From Mobula hypostoma (taxonomy: Eukaryota): a stretch of DNA of 64,000 nucleotides. Both the position numbers and the translations under genes were made by a program. The stretch covers positions 60,266,001-60,330,000 of the forward strand of contig NC_086116.1 of assembly GCF_963921235.1 (NCBI RefSeq), read 5' to 3'. The notes under the pieces are model-generated. The model saw nothing but the letters and a program-made list of their open reading frames with translations. It ran no database searches and was not told the origin of the DNA. This document shows, one piece after another, positions 1-13,535 of the stretch (the stretch's first letter is position 1; each line of letters opens with the position of its first letter).

Positions 1-466
1 TAAAAATTTGACCAAATGTTCATGTACCACAAGTTACAGAAACTACAAAGTTGAATATTCTACAAATATACATTAACAAACAGTTAAAAGCGCGTATGGA
101 ACATACCTACCCAATAGTTATGTGTACCACTTGCCTTAAGAGAGAGCAAGTCTCTTCCACGCGCTATTTTATGCCTGGGATATTTGAAACTGGACACTAG
201 ACAGCTAACCAGTGGGAAAGGCAGCTGTAGTTCTGAAACTAACCAATCACAATGGAAGTAACTTTTGACAGTCATAGTAAGCCATGCCACCCACAAGATA
301 CCATTTGTTTTGCTTTGTTTGAAAAAAATGGGTCTATTAAGTTCGTCTGCGATTTCTAGATTACAATACTTTTCTGGAATTTTAAATCTCCAGTGTGAAT
401 CTTTACTTTGTGAGATGTTGACTTATGATATCTGGTATTTAGGAAATGGAGTTGACAGCAGAAGTA

Positions 467-765
467 GGATGCCACAGTAGTGTATCAGTTAGCATAATGC
501 TATTACAACTTAGGGCATCAGAGTTCAGTGTTTATTTTTGGCACCTTCTGTAAAGAGTTTGTGCATTCTTGCCATGATTGTGCAATTTCATCTTGGTGCT
601 CCAGTTTCCTCCCAGAGTCCAAACATGTACCAGTTGGCAGGTTAATTGGTCATTATAAGTTGTCCTGTGATTAGGCTTGGATTAAATAGGTGAATTGCTG
701 GGTGGTGCATTGCAGTTTATTGAACCAGAAGGACCTGATCCACACTGCATCTCTAAATAAATATG
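467..765 (+). mobile_element. tRNA-derived V-domain SINE (HE1-like), degenerate
   Basis: Head gtagtgtatcagttagcataatgctattaca, V-domain-like ggtgctccagtttcctccc, family motif ggttaattggtcattataagttgtcctgtgattaggct and A-rich end; same family as the copies at 10965, 11465, 13683, 36722 and 45615. Confidence 0.75.
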
Positions 766-3301
766 TAAAAGCTGGAAAATCTAATATTTATGTTAAGTCA
801 GGCAGCAGAGTCTTCTTGCTTAGTCAATGACCTGCTGAGTGTTCATTTTGTGGAATCCTATTCCTGAAATGATCAGTCACTGGTGCCATCACTAATTCCT
901 TCTGTGTCTTTCCCCACATCCTTTTCCCTTGTGCATTTAAAATACATTTACTCCTTTGTAAATGTCCTGTTCTTGTGAAAAGTGCTCCACCTCATACTGA
1001 AAAACACTTTTAAGGATCTAAGCCCCAATACACGAAAACAGACAAGACATAACAGAGTAGTACAAAAAGCTATATAAATCAGTGCATTTATTTGGCACTA
1101 AACTTACACTGTATTTTAACAAGCAGTTAGGTTATTTTCAAATTCATAGTACATCTCTGGTAATCCAGCCAATTTAGGTCTTTGGAGTCAGAACACTGAA
1201 ATTATTGGACGTCATTTCTGTTGGTACCCCGACACATTTTGAATTAGCTTTTTTATTTAATGTGTTACACAGCATTATAATATATATTACACTAAATAAA
1301 GTGGGTTTAAAAGGATGACTAGAAACTGCATCCCAGTGAGTTTAAAGGAAGTGCAGGAAGTATCATCCAGTGAACAAGGTGTTGAACCATCAGGATTTCC
1401 AAATCAAACATGGATTGTTAGCCTTTTACTGTCTTAGCTTCCAAATTTAAACTTTTTAAAAATATTGTTTAGTCTAATAAACCTATTTTTCAAAAGGAAA
1501 AACTGCATTTCACTGTTGATGGTGTCAGAGTACTGCTTCGATTGGAAATTTCATTACTTCACTTTTCATTAAAGATATCTTGGTATTTGGCAAGTAGAAT
1601 TGGAAAGTCATTTATTGAAGATGTAAAAGAAAAACACATCTAATTTTCAGTATCTGACCAAATCATTTTCTTGCAAGTCAGTTTGAACTTGTGGTTGATG
1701 ATGTGAACGATTTTCAAATGGGATTGTCACAAGCAATCACATATTGACATCATATCATTGAGTCATAATAAATGGTGGGTGAAGTATTAGCATGCAAGAA
1801 TCCATAGTTCAGTAATGTGAATAATGCCATCAAATATCAACTTGATGTAACGATCCTGCATTTTCATGTGGATCACATGCTTTAGTGAATAGTTACAATG
1901 AGCTGTTATTAAACCTGTTGCAAGTTGGAAAATAGCTTTATTGCATTGTCAAACCTTCAAGCTGACTCCTAAAATGAACAATATCCAGTGTTGTCAAGAA
2001 TGAAATGCTGTCAACTCATTGTGAGGCAGTTATTATTGCATATATAGATTGCAAGTGGAATTCTTTAAAACTTTGAATTGTTGGTATAACAACAGTTTTT
2101 AAGCAGGTAAGTAAAGCACTGGGGCTGAACTTCCTCAGTTTTGCAGTATCGTACCACTATGATTGGTAGAAACCTTTGGTTTTATTAGTGACGGGAAAAT
2201 GTAGCTGTGAGGAGAAAATAATATCAGAATGATGCAGGAGACTTCAGTTTATATATCATGATGAAGCATGGGGTGTTAGCCTTGGAACTATGAAAATAAA
2301 GGGGAAAATTATCAGAGGTGCTCAGATTTTTATACATAGTAAATGAGAGAAAACTGTTTATATGGACAGTTAGTTGTTTGCCAGAGGGCACATATCTCAT
2401 GTAATTGACCAAAGAACTGAAAGGTAGATGAGAATTCTGTTTGGAGTGTATTACTCCAATCTGAAATTTACTATTTGCAGAACTGGTGGAAGCAATTCGA
2501 AATAACTTTTTTTTAAATAAATTGGTTTTGTTTGAAAAGAAAAAAATGCCTGAGACCAATGCAGCAGCATTTCCAAAAGGACTGTATGGACACAGTGGGC
2601 TAAATAGAACCCTCTGTGATTCTGTAAATTAATCTGTTAATGACAATGTTATTAGGAGAAACCATGGGCTTTTCTCACTCAATTCACCCTCAGTGACATT
2701 TAGAAGTTATGCTTCATTACAGTAGTTCCAGCAGCTCAAAGCTTCATATTTAGCTAATTTTTAACAAATGCTACAGTCTGGAAGAAAGGAAAATTTGTCC
2801 TATTGGACAAGTCCAACACAGTTAATCATTGTTTCTTAAGTATGGCCTTGATGATATAAGACGTAATGGCAAGTGGTATATTTAGGATATTCAGGGGCCA
2901 GACAAAACCTACCTACTTCCCACCTGAACCCGCCTGGATTTAGAAGGATCTTTGCTGGAAGATTTTGAGCATAGGACAGTGTTCTTAATAACTGCAAGAA
3001 GATGAATTGCTTGGAGCTTTTTTCACATGAAGAGTGTTGTCTTCCACTTTTGTGGAGCCACACTCATTCATCTACTTGATTAGTTTCAAGAACAATCATT
3101 TGCACCTCACCTCTGGAATTCATCATCTTAGTTTTTGTTTGGAGCAAGGCTGAATCGATGTCTGGAACCAGGTAAACTTCATAGTTTCATCAATACCTTC
3201 CAGATTTGTGACCACCGAAAAAGACAAGGCAGCAAGCATGTGGGAATACTTTTAAGTTTCTCATCCATGCCAGGCATAATCTTGGTTTAAAAAATATTAA
3301 T

Positions 3302-3446
3302 CACAAACATGAGAATATCCAAGCAACACACACGAAATGTTGGAGGAACTCATCCGGACCTCAGCCTGAAAAGTTGACTGCATTCTATTCCATCAATGCT
3401 GTCTGGCCTGCTGAGTTCCTCCAGCATTTTGTGTGTGTTGCTTAAG
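3302..3446 (-). mobile_element. Penelope-like (PLE) pLTR-derived hairpin element with degenerate hammerhead remnant
   Basis: Inverted arms aagcaacacacacgaaatgttggaggaactc / gagttcctccagcattttgtgtgtgttgctt; remnant tcagcctgaaaagttgactg; TSD aatattaat at 3293-3301 and 3447-3455. Confidence 0.7.
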
Positions 3447-3512
3447 AATATTAATTCTCTGTTTGCCTTCACTGCTTCAGTATCCTGGACTTCTAAGCCT
3501 ATTCAGACACAC

Positions 3513-4749
3513 TCAGAAGATGAAAGTGCATGGGATCCATGATAATTTGGCCATTTGGATTCAGAAATGGCCTTTGCCCATTTAAGGCAAGAGGGTAGTG
3601 GTCAATGGACTTATTCTAGCTGGAAGCATTCTGTATGAATTCTACTTGAGCCTGGGCTGTTTGGTGATAAATACATAAATGACCTGGATGAAAATAGGTA
3701 TGGGTGGGTTTGTAAGTTTCCTACAAAGTTTGGTGGTGGTATGTATAGTGTAGAAGATCACCAAAGGATATAACAGGATATAGATCAACTGTATTTGGGG
3801 CTACACTGTTAATGACAAGTTCTTAACAGTGATGATGTACAGTAGGATCTTGGAGTCCAAATCCAGAGCTCTCTGATACTAGCTGGATGGATTGATAGGG
3901 TAATAAAGAAGGTGTATGGCATGCTGTCTTTATTAGTTAAGGCATTAATTTCAAGAATCAGGAAGTTATCTTGCAGCCTTGTAAAACTCTAGTTAGGCCA
4001 TATCTGCAGTATTCCATTCAGTTCTGGTTGCCCATTGTAGGAAGGATGTGGAAGCTTTGGAGAGGTTGCATAAGAGGTTTACCAGGATGCTGCCTAGATT
4101 AGAGGGCTTAAGCTATGAGAAGAATCAGAATCAGATTTATTATCACCAGCACGTGACGTGAAATTTGTTAACTAAGCAGCAGCAGTTCAGTGCAATACAT
4201 AATCTAGCAGAGAAAAATCAAATAAAAATATTAATAATAAACAAGTAAATCAATTACAGTATATGTATATTGAATAGATTTTTTTTAAACTGAAATACTG
4301 TATATTTTTTAAAAAACTGAGGTAGTGTCTAAAGATTGGATAATGTGGTAAAGGTTGAGGGGAGACCTGATAGAAATTTATAAGATTATGAGAGGCATAG
4401 ATAGAATAGACAGACAGTATCTTTTTCCCAGGGATGAAATGTTTAATGCTAGAGGCATCCATTTAAGGTGAGAGGAGTTAGTTCAGAGGAGATGCCCAGG
4501 CCATGTTTCTTTATACAGATACTGGTAGGTGCCTGGAATGTGCTGCCAAGGGAGGTACTGGAGACAAATAAAATAGAACTGTTTAAGGGGCTCTTAGATA
4601 AGCACGTAGATGTATAGAGAATGAATGGTATGGACATTGTGTAGGCAGATAGGATTAGTTTTGTTAGTCACTTAATTACCAGTTCTAATATTTTGGCATA
4701 ACGTTATGTGCCAAAAGGCCTGTTCCTGTGCTATACTGTTATATGTTCC
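3513..4749 (+). mobile_element. CR1-clade LINE 3' part (RT to 3' UTR), decayed, interrupted at ~4121-4337
   Basis: Collinear with the CR1 copy at 54704-56284 (catgggatcc...ttggattcagaa, aggaaggatgtggaagctttggagagg, ggcctgttcctgtgctatactgtt tail). Confidence 0.8.
4121..4337 (-). mobile_element. Rex1/Babar-type LINE 3' tail fragment inserted in CR1
   Basis: (AGAATC)n tail followed by gatttattatcacc...gtgaaatttgtt...gcagcagcagttcagtgcaatac; same tail as the copy at 52570-53418. Confidence 0.65.
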
Positions 4750-6043
4750 TATCTGTAATTTTCACATCCCTGTAAAAAGTTAAACATAAGGTATTTGTGA
4801 CCTTTCGATAATAAAGTGCTTGGTTCCAATAACATACCATGGCTTTTTGTTGTTGCAGAGAAACAATACGTAAATGGCCACTTTCATTGCAATGCAAAAC
4901 TCATTGACTGCACTGCCACATATATTGTGTACATGTTGCATTGTATAATTTAGCATCCTAATGATAAATATATTCAGTCATGTTTATAAATGATGCAGCA
5001 ATAAAACATATCAAGTGTTCAAGAACGGTTCTAGTTAACTTCAATCTATTGATTGGTTTCACAATTGGATATCAAATAATTTTTCTGCATAATATGTTTT
5101 TATATTTATAAATCCAAAAGATTCTGATTAAATGACTGTTTTTATTAATCTTGATATATCTGAACATGTGCATAAATTGATTTGATAAAAGGTTACAAAT
5201 TTCTATCACAGAAATTTCTTCAACATAGAAATTTGACTGTCCATCCATCTATTTGGAATGTGTGATAGCAACATGTCAGAACAATGGTGGTTATTTGTCA
5301 ATAAAATTTTAAGCTTCTGATAAGAGGAAATTAAAAGAATAAAAGCCAGGCACTGAGGCATCAATAATTTATGTACACCTGACCACAAATATACAGATTA
5401 CTGATGCCAGTGTCAAACTGCTGCTGTACGTTGATCAGTTCTCTCCCTTTACACTTTACAGAAATGGGGTAATGATGCCTTTTTCCAGGGTATAATTCCC
5501 TAGGTAGTTGTCATTCACCCTGCTGACACTTTTTGAAGTTACCGATGTAATCAACTACATTTCATTTTCATAGTTTGATATATGACCCAGTGATCTATTA
5601 AATATGAACGATCAGTCCACTCTGAACAATCCAACATTGAATTTCACCACAAGATGTTCAGGTTTTTTTTAGAATCAGTGATCTGATGACACAGCTTTAA
5701 TACAAATCAACAGTTTACCTGGTTTGAATCACACTTTATACAATTCTTCATCCAAGCTCATTAAAGCAGCTTTATGAGTGAACTCTGGACCAAACACTGT
5801 AGGTTGTTATCCACAGCCTGCATGTGGCTTGTTGTCATTTACCCACAAAAAAAAATTCTCTTAACCACAATCCAATTATAAGGTAGTATGTGATTTTTAA
5901 TTATTTTGAAGCCCATAGTATGCCCTCTTCCTAACATGGAGTCTAAAAAATTATTAGACAGAAACTGCACAATCACAAAGATAATAGACAGATGCCATAA
6001 GTAATAAACACAAGATATACACACACAACACGCGTGTATGCAG

Positions 6044-6205
6044 AACAACACGCACAAAATGCTACTGGAGCTCAACAGGTTAGGCAACATCTATGGAAAT
6101 GAATATACTCGCAGTCCTGAAGAAGGGTTTCAACTTGAAATGTCAACTATTTATTCACTTTCACAGAAGTTGCCTGACCTGCTGAGTTCCTCCAGTATTT
6201 TAGGT
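6044..6205. mobile_element. PLE-derived inverted-repeat element containing a hammerhead motif
   Basis: Inverted arms (cacaaaatgctactggagctcaacaggttaggcaacatctatggaaatgaat / ttcactttcacagaagttgcctgacctgctgagttcctccagtattt) around cagtc-ctgaaga-agggtttcaactt-gaaa-tgtc-aact at 6112-6150. Confidence 0.7.
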
Positions 6206-6490
6206 GCGATAAATTAGTTGCAAAGGCAAATGCATTTCAGTCTTTATTGCAAATTAGAAATTGGGAAGTATTGTTGCATTTGTGCAGGCTGTTGGGAAGG
6301 CCATACTTTGAGTGCATACTTTTGGTCACCTTGTTTAAGAAAGGATTTATTAGTGTCGAGGCAGTCCAGATGAGGTCATGAGGCCATTTCCTAGGACAAA
6401 GGATTTATTCTATCACATGTAGCTGAAGAAGTTCAATCAGTGTTCTATGCAGTTTACAAAAATGAGCTATGACCTTATTGAAATGTATAG

Positions 6491-8210
6491 TAGTCATAGT
6501 CATACTTTATTGATCCCGGGGGAAATTGGTTTTTGTTACAGTTGCACCATAAGTAATTAAATAGTAATAAAACCATAAATAGTTAAATAGTAATATGTAA
6601 ATTATGCCAGGAAATAAGTCCAGGACCAGCCTATTGGCTCAGGGTGTCTGACCCTCCAGGGGACGAGTTGTAAAGTTTGATGGCCACAGGCAGGAATGAC
6701 TTCCTATGACGCTCTGTGTTGCATCTCGGTGGAATGAGTCTCTGGCTGAATGTACTCCTGTGCCCAACCAGTGCATTATGTAGTGGATGGGAGACATTGT
6801 CCAAGATGGCATGCAACTTGGACAGCATCCTCTTTTCAGACACCACCGTCAGAGAGTCCAGTTCCATCCCCACAACATCACTGGCCTTACGAATGAGTTT
6901 GTTGATTGTGTTGGTGTCTGCTACCCTCAGCCTGCTGCCCCAGCACACAACAGCAAATATGATCGCACTGGCCACCACAGACTCGTAGAACGTCCTCAGC
7001 ATCGTCCGGCAGATGTTAAAGGACCTCAGTCTCCTCAGGAAATAGAGACGGCTCTGACCCTTCTTGTAGACAGCCTCAGTGTTCTTTGACCAGTCCAGTT
7101 TATTGTCAGTTCGTATCCCCAGGTATTTATAATCCTCCACCATGTCCACACTGACCCCCTGGGTGGAAAATGGGGTCACCGGTACCTTAGCTCTCCTCAG
7201 GTCTACCACCAGCTCCTTAGTCTTTTTCACATTAAGCTGCAGATAATTCTGCTCACACCATGTGACAAAGTTTCCGACCGTAGCCCTGTACTCAGTCTCA
7301 TCTCCCTTGCTGATGCATCCAACTATGGCGGAGTCATCAGAAAACTTCTGAAGATGACAATACTCTGTGTAGTAGTTGAAGTCCGAGGTGTAAATGGTGA
7401 AGAGAAAGGGAGACAAGACAGTCCCCTGTGGAGCCCCAGTGCTGCTGATCACTCTGTCGGACACACAGTGTTGCAAGCACACATACTGCGGTCTGCCAGT
7501 CAGGTAATTAAGAATCCATGACACCAGGAGAGCATCCACCTGCATCGCTGTCAGCTTCTCCCCCAGCAGATCAGGGTGGATGGTGTTGAACGCACTGGAG
7601 GAGTCAAAAAACATGACCCTCACAGTGCTCGCTGGCTTGTCCAGGTGGGCATAGACACGGTTCAGCAGGTAGACGATGGCATCCTCAACTCCTAGTCAGG
7701 GCTGGTAGGCGAACTGGAGGGGATCTAAGTGTGGCCTGACCATAGGCCGGAGCAGCTCCAGAACAAGTCTCTCCAGGGTCTTCATGATGTGGGAGGTCAA
7801 TGCCACTGGTTTGTAGTCATTGAGGCCGCTGGGGCGCGGCGTCTTCAGCACAGGAACGAGGCAGGACGTCTTCCACAGTACAGGAACCCTCTGGAGCCTC
7901 AGGCTCAGGTTGAATACATGGCGAAGTACTCCACATAGCTGAGGGGCACAGGCTTTGAGTACCCTGGTACTGACACCATACGGTCCTGCAGCCTTGCTTG
8001 GGTTGAGATGTTTCAGCTGTCTTCTCACCTGTTCAGCTGTGAAGCCCACCGTGGTGGTTTCATGTGGGGAAGGGGTATAGTCATGAGAGCAGGTTCTAAG
8101 GGGCAGGACATGATACAAGTGAGAGGGTCTTGAACAAGGGAACAGAGTAACATTGTAAGGGGTGGGGGGTAGTCATTCAAAATGGGTGTGTAGGAATTTA
8201 TCAGTGAGGG
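6491..8210 (-). mobile_element. Rex1/Babar LINE, 5'-truncated, young
   Basis: Minus-strand 3' end ...ttcccccgggatcaataaagtat(gactat)n; long RT reading frame. Confidence 0.85.
6631..8118 (-). pseudogene. Non-LTR reverse transcriptase (Rex1/Babar ORF, C-terminal half) with one in-frame stop
   Basis: ORFs 7696-8118 and 6631-7623 share a frame and are separated by a single TGA (FAYQP*LGVEDAI); motifs KAAGP, YKPVALTS, GAPQGTVLSP, FSDD, YKYLG and the Rex1-type C-terminus RLYFLRRLRSF. Confidence 0.9.
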
Positions 8211-8263
8211 TGGTGGAGGTGAGAGTAATGGAAAACAAAACAATGGAGATACAGTTATTTTAT

Positions 8264-8548
8264 GCAACACACATAAAAGTTGCTGGTGAACACAGCAGGC
8301 CAGGCAGCATCTCTAGGAAGAGGTACAGTCGACGTTTCAGGCCGAGACTCTTTGTCAGGACTAACTGAAAGAAGAGCTAGTAAGAGATTTGAGAGGGGGA
8401 GGGGGAGATCCAAAATGATAGGAGAAGACAGGATGGGGAGGGATGGAGCCAAGAGCTTCCTGGAGATGCTGCCTGGCCTGCTACGTTCACCAGCAACTTT
8501 TATGTGTGTTGCTTGAAATTCCAGCTTCTGCAGATTTCCTCGTGTTAG
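8264..8548 (+). mobile_element. PLE-derived inverted-repeat element; hammerhead motif on minus strand at 8326-8363 (core CTGACAA, mutated)
   Basis: Arms gcaacacacataaaagttgctggtgaacacagcaggccaggcagcatctc / gagatgctgcctggcctgctacgttcaccagcaacttttatgtgtgttgc; 11-bp TSD agttattttat at 8253-8263 and 8549-8559. Confidence 0.85.
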
Positions 8549-8709
8549 AGTTATTTTATAATCTTTAGAATCAGATTTCACTGACATTTGTTGTTTTGTG
8601 GCAACAGTACACAGCAAAGCATAAAAATTAAATCAAAGTTACAATAAGTAAATAAATAGTAAAAGAGGGGAATAGTTCATGGCCCGTTCAGAAAGCTGAT
8701 GGAATGGGG

Positions 8710-8791
8710 CAGGGTTTCTCAAGCTTTTTTTTATGCTGTGGACCAATACCATTAAGCACAGGGCCTGTGGACCCCAGGTTGGGAACCCCTG
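8710..8791. mobile_element. 82-bp hAT (Charlie-type) MITE
   Basis: TIRs cagggtttctcaagct / aggttgggaacccctg; imperfect 8-bp TSD gaatgggg / gaatagga. Confidence 0.65.
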
Positions 8792-8916
8792 GAATAGGAA
8801 AAGAAGCAGTTCCTAAAATTTTGAGTGAGTGTCTTTAGGTTCCTTCCTGTACCTCCTTAACAATGATAGCAATGATCCTCATTGGTGAAGGTCCTTAATA
8901 TGGATATTGCCTTCCT

Positions 8917-9205
8917 GAGACATAGAGACATAGAAAACCTACAGCACAATACGGGGCCTTCAGCCCACAAAGCTGCGCTGAACATGTCCTTACCTTGGAA
9001 ATTACCCAGGGTTACCCATAGCCCTCTATTTTTCTAAGCTCCATGTATCTGTCCAGGAGTCTCTTAAAAGAGCCTATCGTATCCGCCGGCAGACCATTCC
9101 ATGAACTCACCACTCTCTGTGTAAAAAAAAAACTTACCCCTGACACTTCCTCTGTACCTACTTCCAAGCACCTTAAAACTGTGCCCTCTTGTGCTAGCCA
9201 TAGCA
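8917..9205 (-). mobile_element. CR1 LINE 3' end fragment
   Basis: Closely similar to the 3' end of the CR1 at 14451-14740 (ttacccatagccctctatttttctaagctcc). Confidence 0.8.
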
Positions 9206-10964
9206 GACCCTGTCGTTTGAAAACGACTTTCATGGTGGGGAGGGTTGTGCCCCTGTTGGAGCTGGCTGAGTCTCGCACCCTGCATAGCCTCTGTTGATCT
9301 TGTGCATTGGAGCCTCCATACTAGGCAATGATGTAACCAGAATGCTTTCCGCAGTACATCTGTAGAAATTTGTAAATCTTAGGTGACGTACCAAATCTCC
9401 TCAAACTTCTAGTGTACTTTCTTCATGATTGCATCAATACGTTGAGCCCAGGACAGATCTTCTGAGATGTTGATGCCCTGAAACTGGAATCTACTCGCTG
9501 TTTCCACTGCTGAATCCCCAGTTAAGACTGGTGCATGTTCTCTGGACTTTCCCTTCCTGAAGTCCACAGTCAATTCCTTGGTCTTGCTTACATTGAATAC
9601 AAGGTTTTTGTTTCAACACCACTCAACCAGATGATTTTTCTTGCTCCCTTACACCACCTCATTGACATTTGAGGTCTGCCAAAAACTGTGATGTCATCTG
9701 CCAATTTAAAGATGGTGTTTGAGCTGTGCCTAGCCACATAGTCAGGAATATATAGAGCAGTGAGCTGTGCCTCTGTTGATTACCAGTGAGGAGGAGATGT
9801 TATTATCAATCTGTACTGACTATGGTCTCCCAATGTGGAAGTCAAAGCTCCAGTTGGAGAGGGAGGTACAGAGCCTGAGGTTTTGAAGCATGTTAGTTAG
9901 TATTGTGGGTATGATGATGTTGGAACACTGAACTGTCATTGATAAACTGCAGCCTGACAGTATTGTTGATGTCATAGAGCACTACAGCGCAGAAGCAGGC
10001 CCTTCAGCCCATCGAGTTCATGCCATCCTGTTATGATGATAGGCAAATTGCAGCAGGTTCAGGTTCTTGCTGAGGCGGGAGTTAATTCTACTAATTCATC
10101 ATAGTAGTTATGAGTGCCATCGGGCAGCAGTCGTTGAGCCAGCACACTCTACTCCTCTTGGCTACGGGTATGATTGATGCTTTTTTTTTGAAGCAGGTGG
10201 GAGCCAGTGACTTCAATAAGAGGTTGAAGATGAGAAGTAAGGGACTGATTCTCTTTCAGGGAACTGAGGGCTTGGGAAACAGGCACAGAAGAGTAGTTGA
10301 AGCCTGAGGCAAATCAGCCATGGCAGACAGGCACGAAGTGCCATATAGCCTATTTGCACTACTGTTTTCTAGTGATAATTTAAAAGGACTAGATACCACT
10401 AGATTTTCAATGTAGAAATATTTGGTGCACTGGAGAGTGGTTTTAACAACTTCTGAAAGAGAGTTATTGTTAGCAGAAATATCAAGAATTTTATGCAAAT
10501 CCTACAATGGGTAATGTCTTCACCCTTCACTTCAGTACTGACGCATATTTAAAATTCCTTGTGTAGTCAGCAAAAAGGATTCTTATTTAATTCTTAAACT
10601 TGGTGAATTTTTGAAATTTCACCACAGTTGTATTTCATTTTTTTCACATGACTTGACATGATGAATAATATTAATGACCATGTAACCAGCAAGAGTCTTT
10701 ACTTAGCAATTTGTACCTTGGTTGATCTTCCTTGCAATCATTGATGGTATACAATTCCAAAAGGGTGAAATAAAATGGTAAGGTTACTAGACAAGTATCC
10801 AGTATTCTGACTACTGAGGTAGAAAGATGATCTTGGATTCCACCACAACATCTGGGAAATTTAAATTTAAGTAATAAAATCTGGTGCATATTTACAAAAA
10901 AGAAAGTCTATCCTATCAATATAGTTGACTCTTACTTTCCTCCTCAGTTCAAAGTCAATTAATT

Positions 10965-11240
10965 TATTTTTATTTAGAGAGAGAACACAGAACAGGCCCT
11001 TCCGGCCCAACGAGCTGCACCACCAAGCAACTCACTTATTTACACTAGCCTAATCACAGGACAGTTTATGATGACCAGTAAACCTACTAACCGATACGTC
11101 TTTTGACTGTGGGAGGAAACTGGAACACCAGGAGAAAATCCACGGGGAGAACATACAAACTTCTTATAGATGGCGTCGGAATTGGACTCCAGAATTCACC
11201 GAGCTGTAATAGTATCGCGCTAACTACTACATAATGGTGC
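10965..11240 (-). mobile_element. HE1-like V-SINE
   Basis: Reverse complement of the family consensus (ctagcctaatcacaggac...tttgactgtgggaggaaactggaacaccaggag...gagctgtaatagtatcgcgctaactactac). Confidence 0.8.
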
Positions 11241-11245
11241 CCCAA

Positions 11246-11395
11246 AGAGATGCTGCAGATGTTAGAAATCCAGAGCACACATAAAATTCTGGAGGAACTC
11301 AGCAGGTCAGGCAGCTTCTTTGGAGGGGAGTAAACAATCAACGCTTCATACTGAGACCCTAATGAAGGGTTTCGTCTGAGACGTCAACTGGATAT
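11246..11395 (-). mobile_element. PLE-derived element with overlapping inverted hammerhead remnants
   Basis: ctgcagatgttagaaatccagagcacacataaaattctggaggaactcagcagg... followed by gagaccctaatgaagggtttcgtctgagacgtcaactg. Confidence 0.65.
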
Positions 11396-11464
11396 CTGCA
11401 TCCTGTGTTAAAAAAAATATTTAAAATTGGACATTGTCTATTTGAGAGCAAGGTTATTCATTTG

Positions 11465-11720
11465 TTGAAATACAGCTGGAAATGGGCCCTTCTGGCCCTT
11501 GGAGCCATGCCACCCAGCAGTTCCCCAAGTTAATCCTATTTACAATGACCAATTAATCTACCAACCAGTACATCTTCAGACAATGGGAGGAAACTGGAAT
11601 ACCTGAAAGAAACCCACATGGTCATGGGGAGAACGTACAAACTCCTTACAGTTAGCGGCAGGAATTGAACCTTAGGTCGTCTGTGCTGTAAAGCATAGTG
11701 GTAACCACTACACTACCATC
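11465..11720 (-). mobile_element. HE1-like V-SINE
   Basis: tttacaatgaccaattaatctacc...gggaggaaactggaatacc...ggggagaacgtacaaactccttacag...ggtaaccactacactacc. Confidence 0.75.
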
Positions 11721-12494
11721 GTGTATCAGGAGCGTTCTTACTCTTTGGCTCTCAGCAATTTACAAATTATTTTGTTTATGAATGATTTGTGTAACTTCTG
11801 AATTATGAATCAAGTTCATGTAGAGAAAAGTCAAGCAAAAGCTTAACTCAAATCTTTTTTTCAGTTACTGTCATAATTTTAAGCTCTTAATGATTAGCAC
11901 AGTTTGAAGTATGTGGTGTAATTGATGATTCGAGAACATTTTTCATGCCGTGATTGACTAATATAATGTCCTTGTTACTTCTTGACTGACAGGGTAATTC
12001 CTTTAGTAATGAATAAGAAGGATTTTTAATTCACATTGATAAAATATACGGATATGTAAAGCTGAATTCTGGGGTAAATAATCACTCGTCTAAAAAACTT
12101 TCTCATCCTTGCTTATGTGCAAAGTTTGTCAAATCTGTTGAGCATTTTAATTACACAATCTTTCAACAGCTTCTAACTGGTTTTAGGTAAAGTTTCATTG
12201 TAATGCCAACGGGCAGAATTACATAATGAGATGAAAGAATTGTGCTTCCCAAGGGAGAGCACTGTTTATAACCTACTTTGTTTGCATATCTCAGCTGATG
12301 CATTTGTCATTTTAATAAATTAGTTTTGAGAAACTACCCTCCTATTTCAACTTTGAGAGATGTCTGTTTCATTGTTATTCGCCAGGACTGCTCCATAGGC
12401 TTCAAAAGCTTGAACATTGTGGAAAATCACACATGGTGGTTGGGAGGGAGAAACGGGAGTCATTTGGCAGTTAATGTTTTGTTGCTGCTGTTCT

Positions 12495-12650
12495 ACTGAA
12501 GATTATGGAATGCTTTGTTGGTGCCAGAATGTGTGGCGATACTTGCAGGCTGACCCCAGCACATCCTCAGGATGTTTTGGTTGTTAATCCAACCATTTCA
12601 CTCTATGCTTCAGTGTACATATGATAACTAAATGAATCTAAATCTGAACT
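12495..12650 (+). mobile_element. 3' tail of second V-SINE family (alternative tail)
   Basis: atgctttgttggtgccagaatgtgtggcgatacttgcaggctgaccccagcacatcctcagg...catttcactctatgcttcagtgtacatatga matches 62405-62540 and 26775-26903. Confidence 0.6.
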
Positions 12651-13169
12651 ATTTTAAGCTATTTTGAAATTTGAGCAAACACATGAGATTATAATTATTT
12701 TGTATGTAATCGTATGTTCACTGCTATCTTATATGTATCTTGTTTGCTGGGTATGACTGTTCGTACTGTGTTTTGCACCTTGGCCCCAGAGTATTGCTGT
12801 TTCATTTGGCTGTATTCATCGGTATTCCTGTATGGTTGAACGACAATTAAACTTGAACTTCAGATTTTCAGAAATGTTGGTTTTATATACGCTGTTGTGC
12901 AAAAGGGAACCAATGATAATAATGTGAACAACCTGTCAGGATATACCACTTTGATTGAATTTGATGTTAAACCACATCAGATAGTTTCTTTACTCTCACC
13001 CCTTTTTATTTAGATACTATCTCCCTTCCTCACCTGAAGCTCAATTTTGCATATGGTTGCCAGATACTTGTTGGCCTGTGCAGGAATGGCCCTTCTTCAC
13101 ATGAATATTGTTGAACCGTAACATGCATCTGCTGAGCCCAAGCTCTGTGTTGCTAATGATATGGATTAG

Positions 13170-13535
13170 GACCTCTTAAGGTATACAAAACTATGAGGGC
13201 TATTGGGTAATTGCAAGCAGGCTTTTTCTACTGTGGTTAGGTAGGACTACAATGAGAGGTCATGGGTTAAGGATAAAAGGTGAGAAGTTTAAGGGGAATA
13301 TGAGGGGGAAATGTCTTCACTCAGAGGGTCATAAGAGTGTGGAATGAGCTGCCAGCACAAGAGGTGCATGCGAGCTGGATTTCAACATTTTAAGAGAAAT
13401 TTGGATAGGTACATGGAACAGAGGGGTATGCAGGGCCGTGGTGTAGGTCGATGGGAATAGGCTGTTTAAATGGTTTCGGCACGGACTAGGTGGGCCAAAG
13501 GGCCTGTTTCTATGCTGTACTTCACTATGACTCTT
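13170..13535 (+). mobile_element. CR1 LINE 3' end fragment
   Basis: gaggtcatgggttaaggataaaaggtgagaagtttaagggg...tcttcactcagagggt...gggccaaagggcctgtttctatgctgta tail. Confidence 0.75.

Larger units (their letters stand above)
8568..10250 (-). mobile_element. Decayed Rex1/Babar-type LINE hosting later insertions
   Basis: agaatcagatttcactgacatttgttgttttgtggc tail; RT remnant (aagtccacagtcaattccttggtcttgc, encoding KTKELTVDF on the minus strand). Confidence 0.6.

Noticed and set aside
84..6090. Short 60-110 aa ORFs here and throughout the unique regions
   Set aside because: No recognisable motifs, many non-ATG starts, and lengths expected by chance
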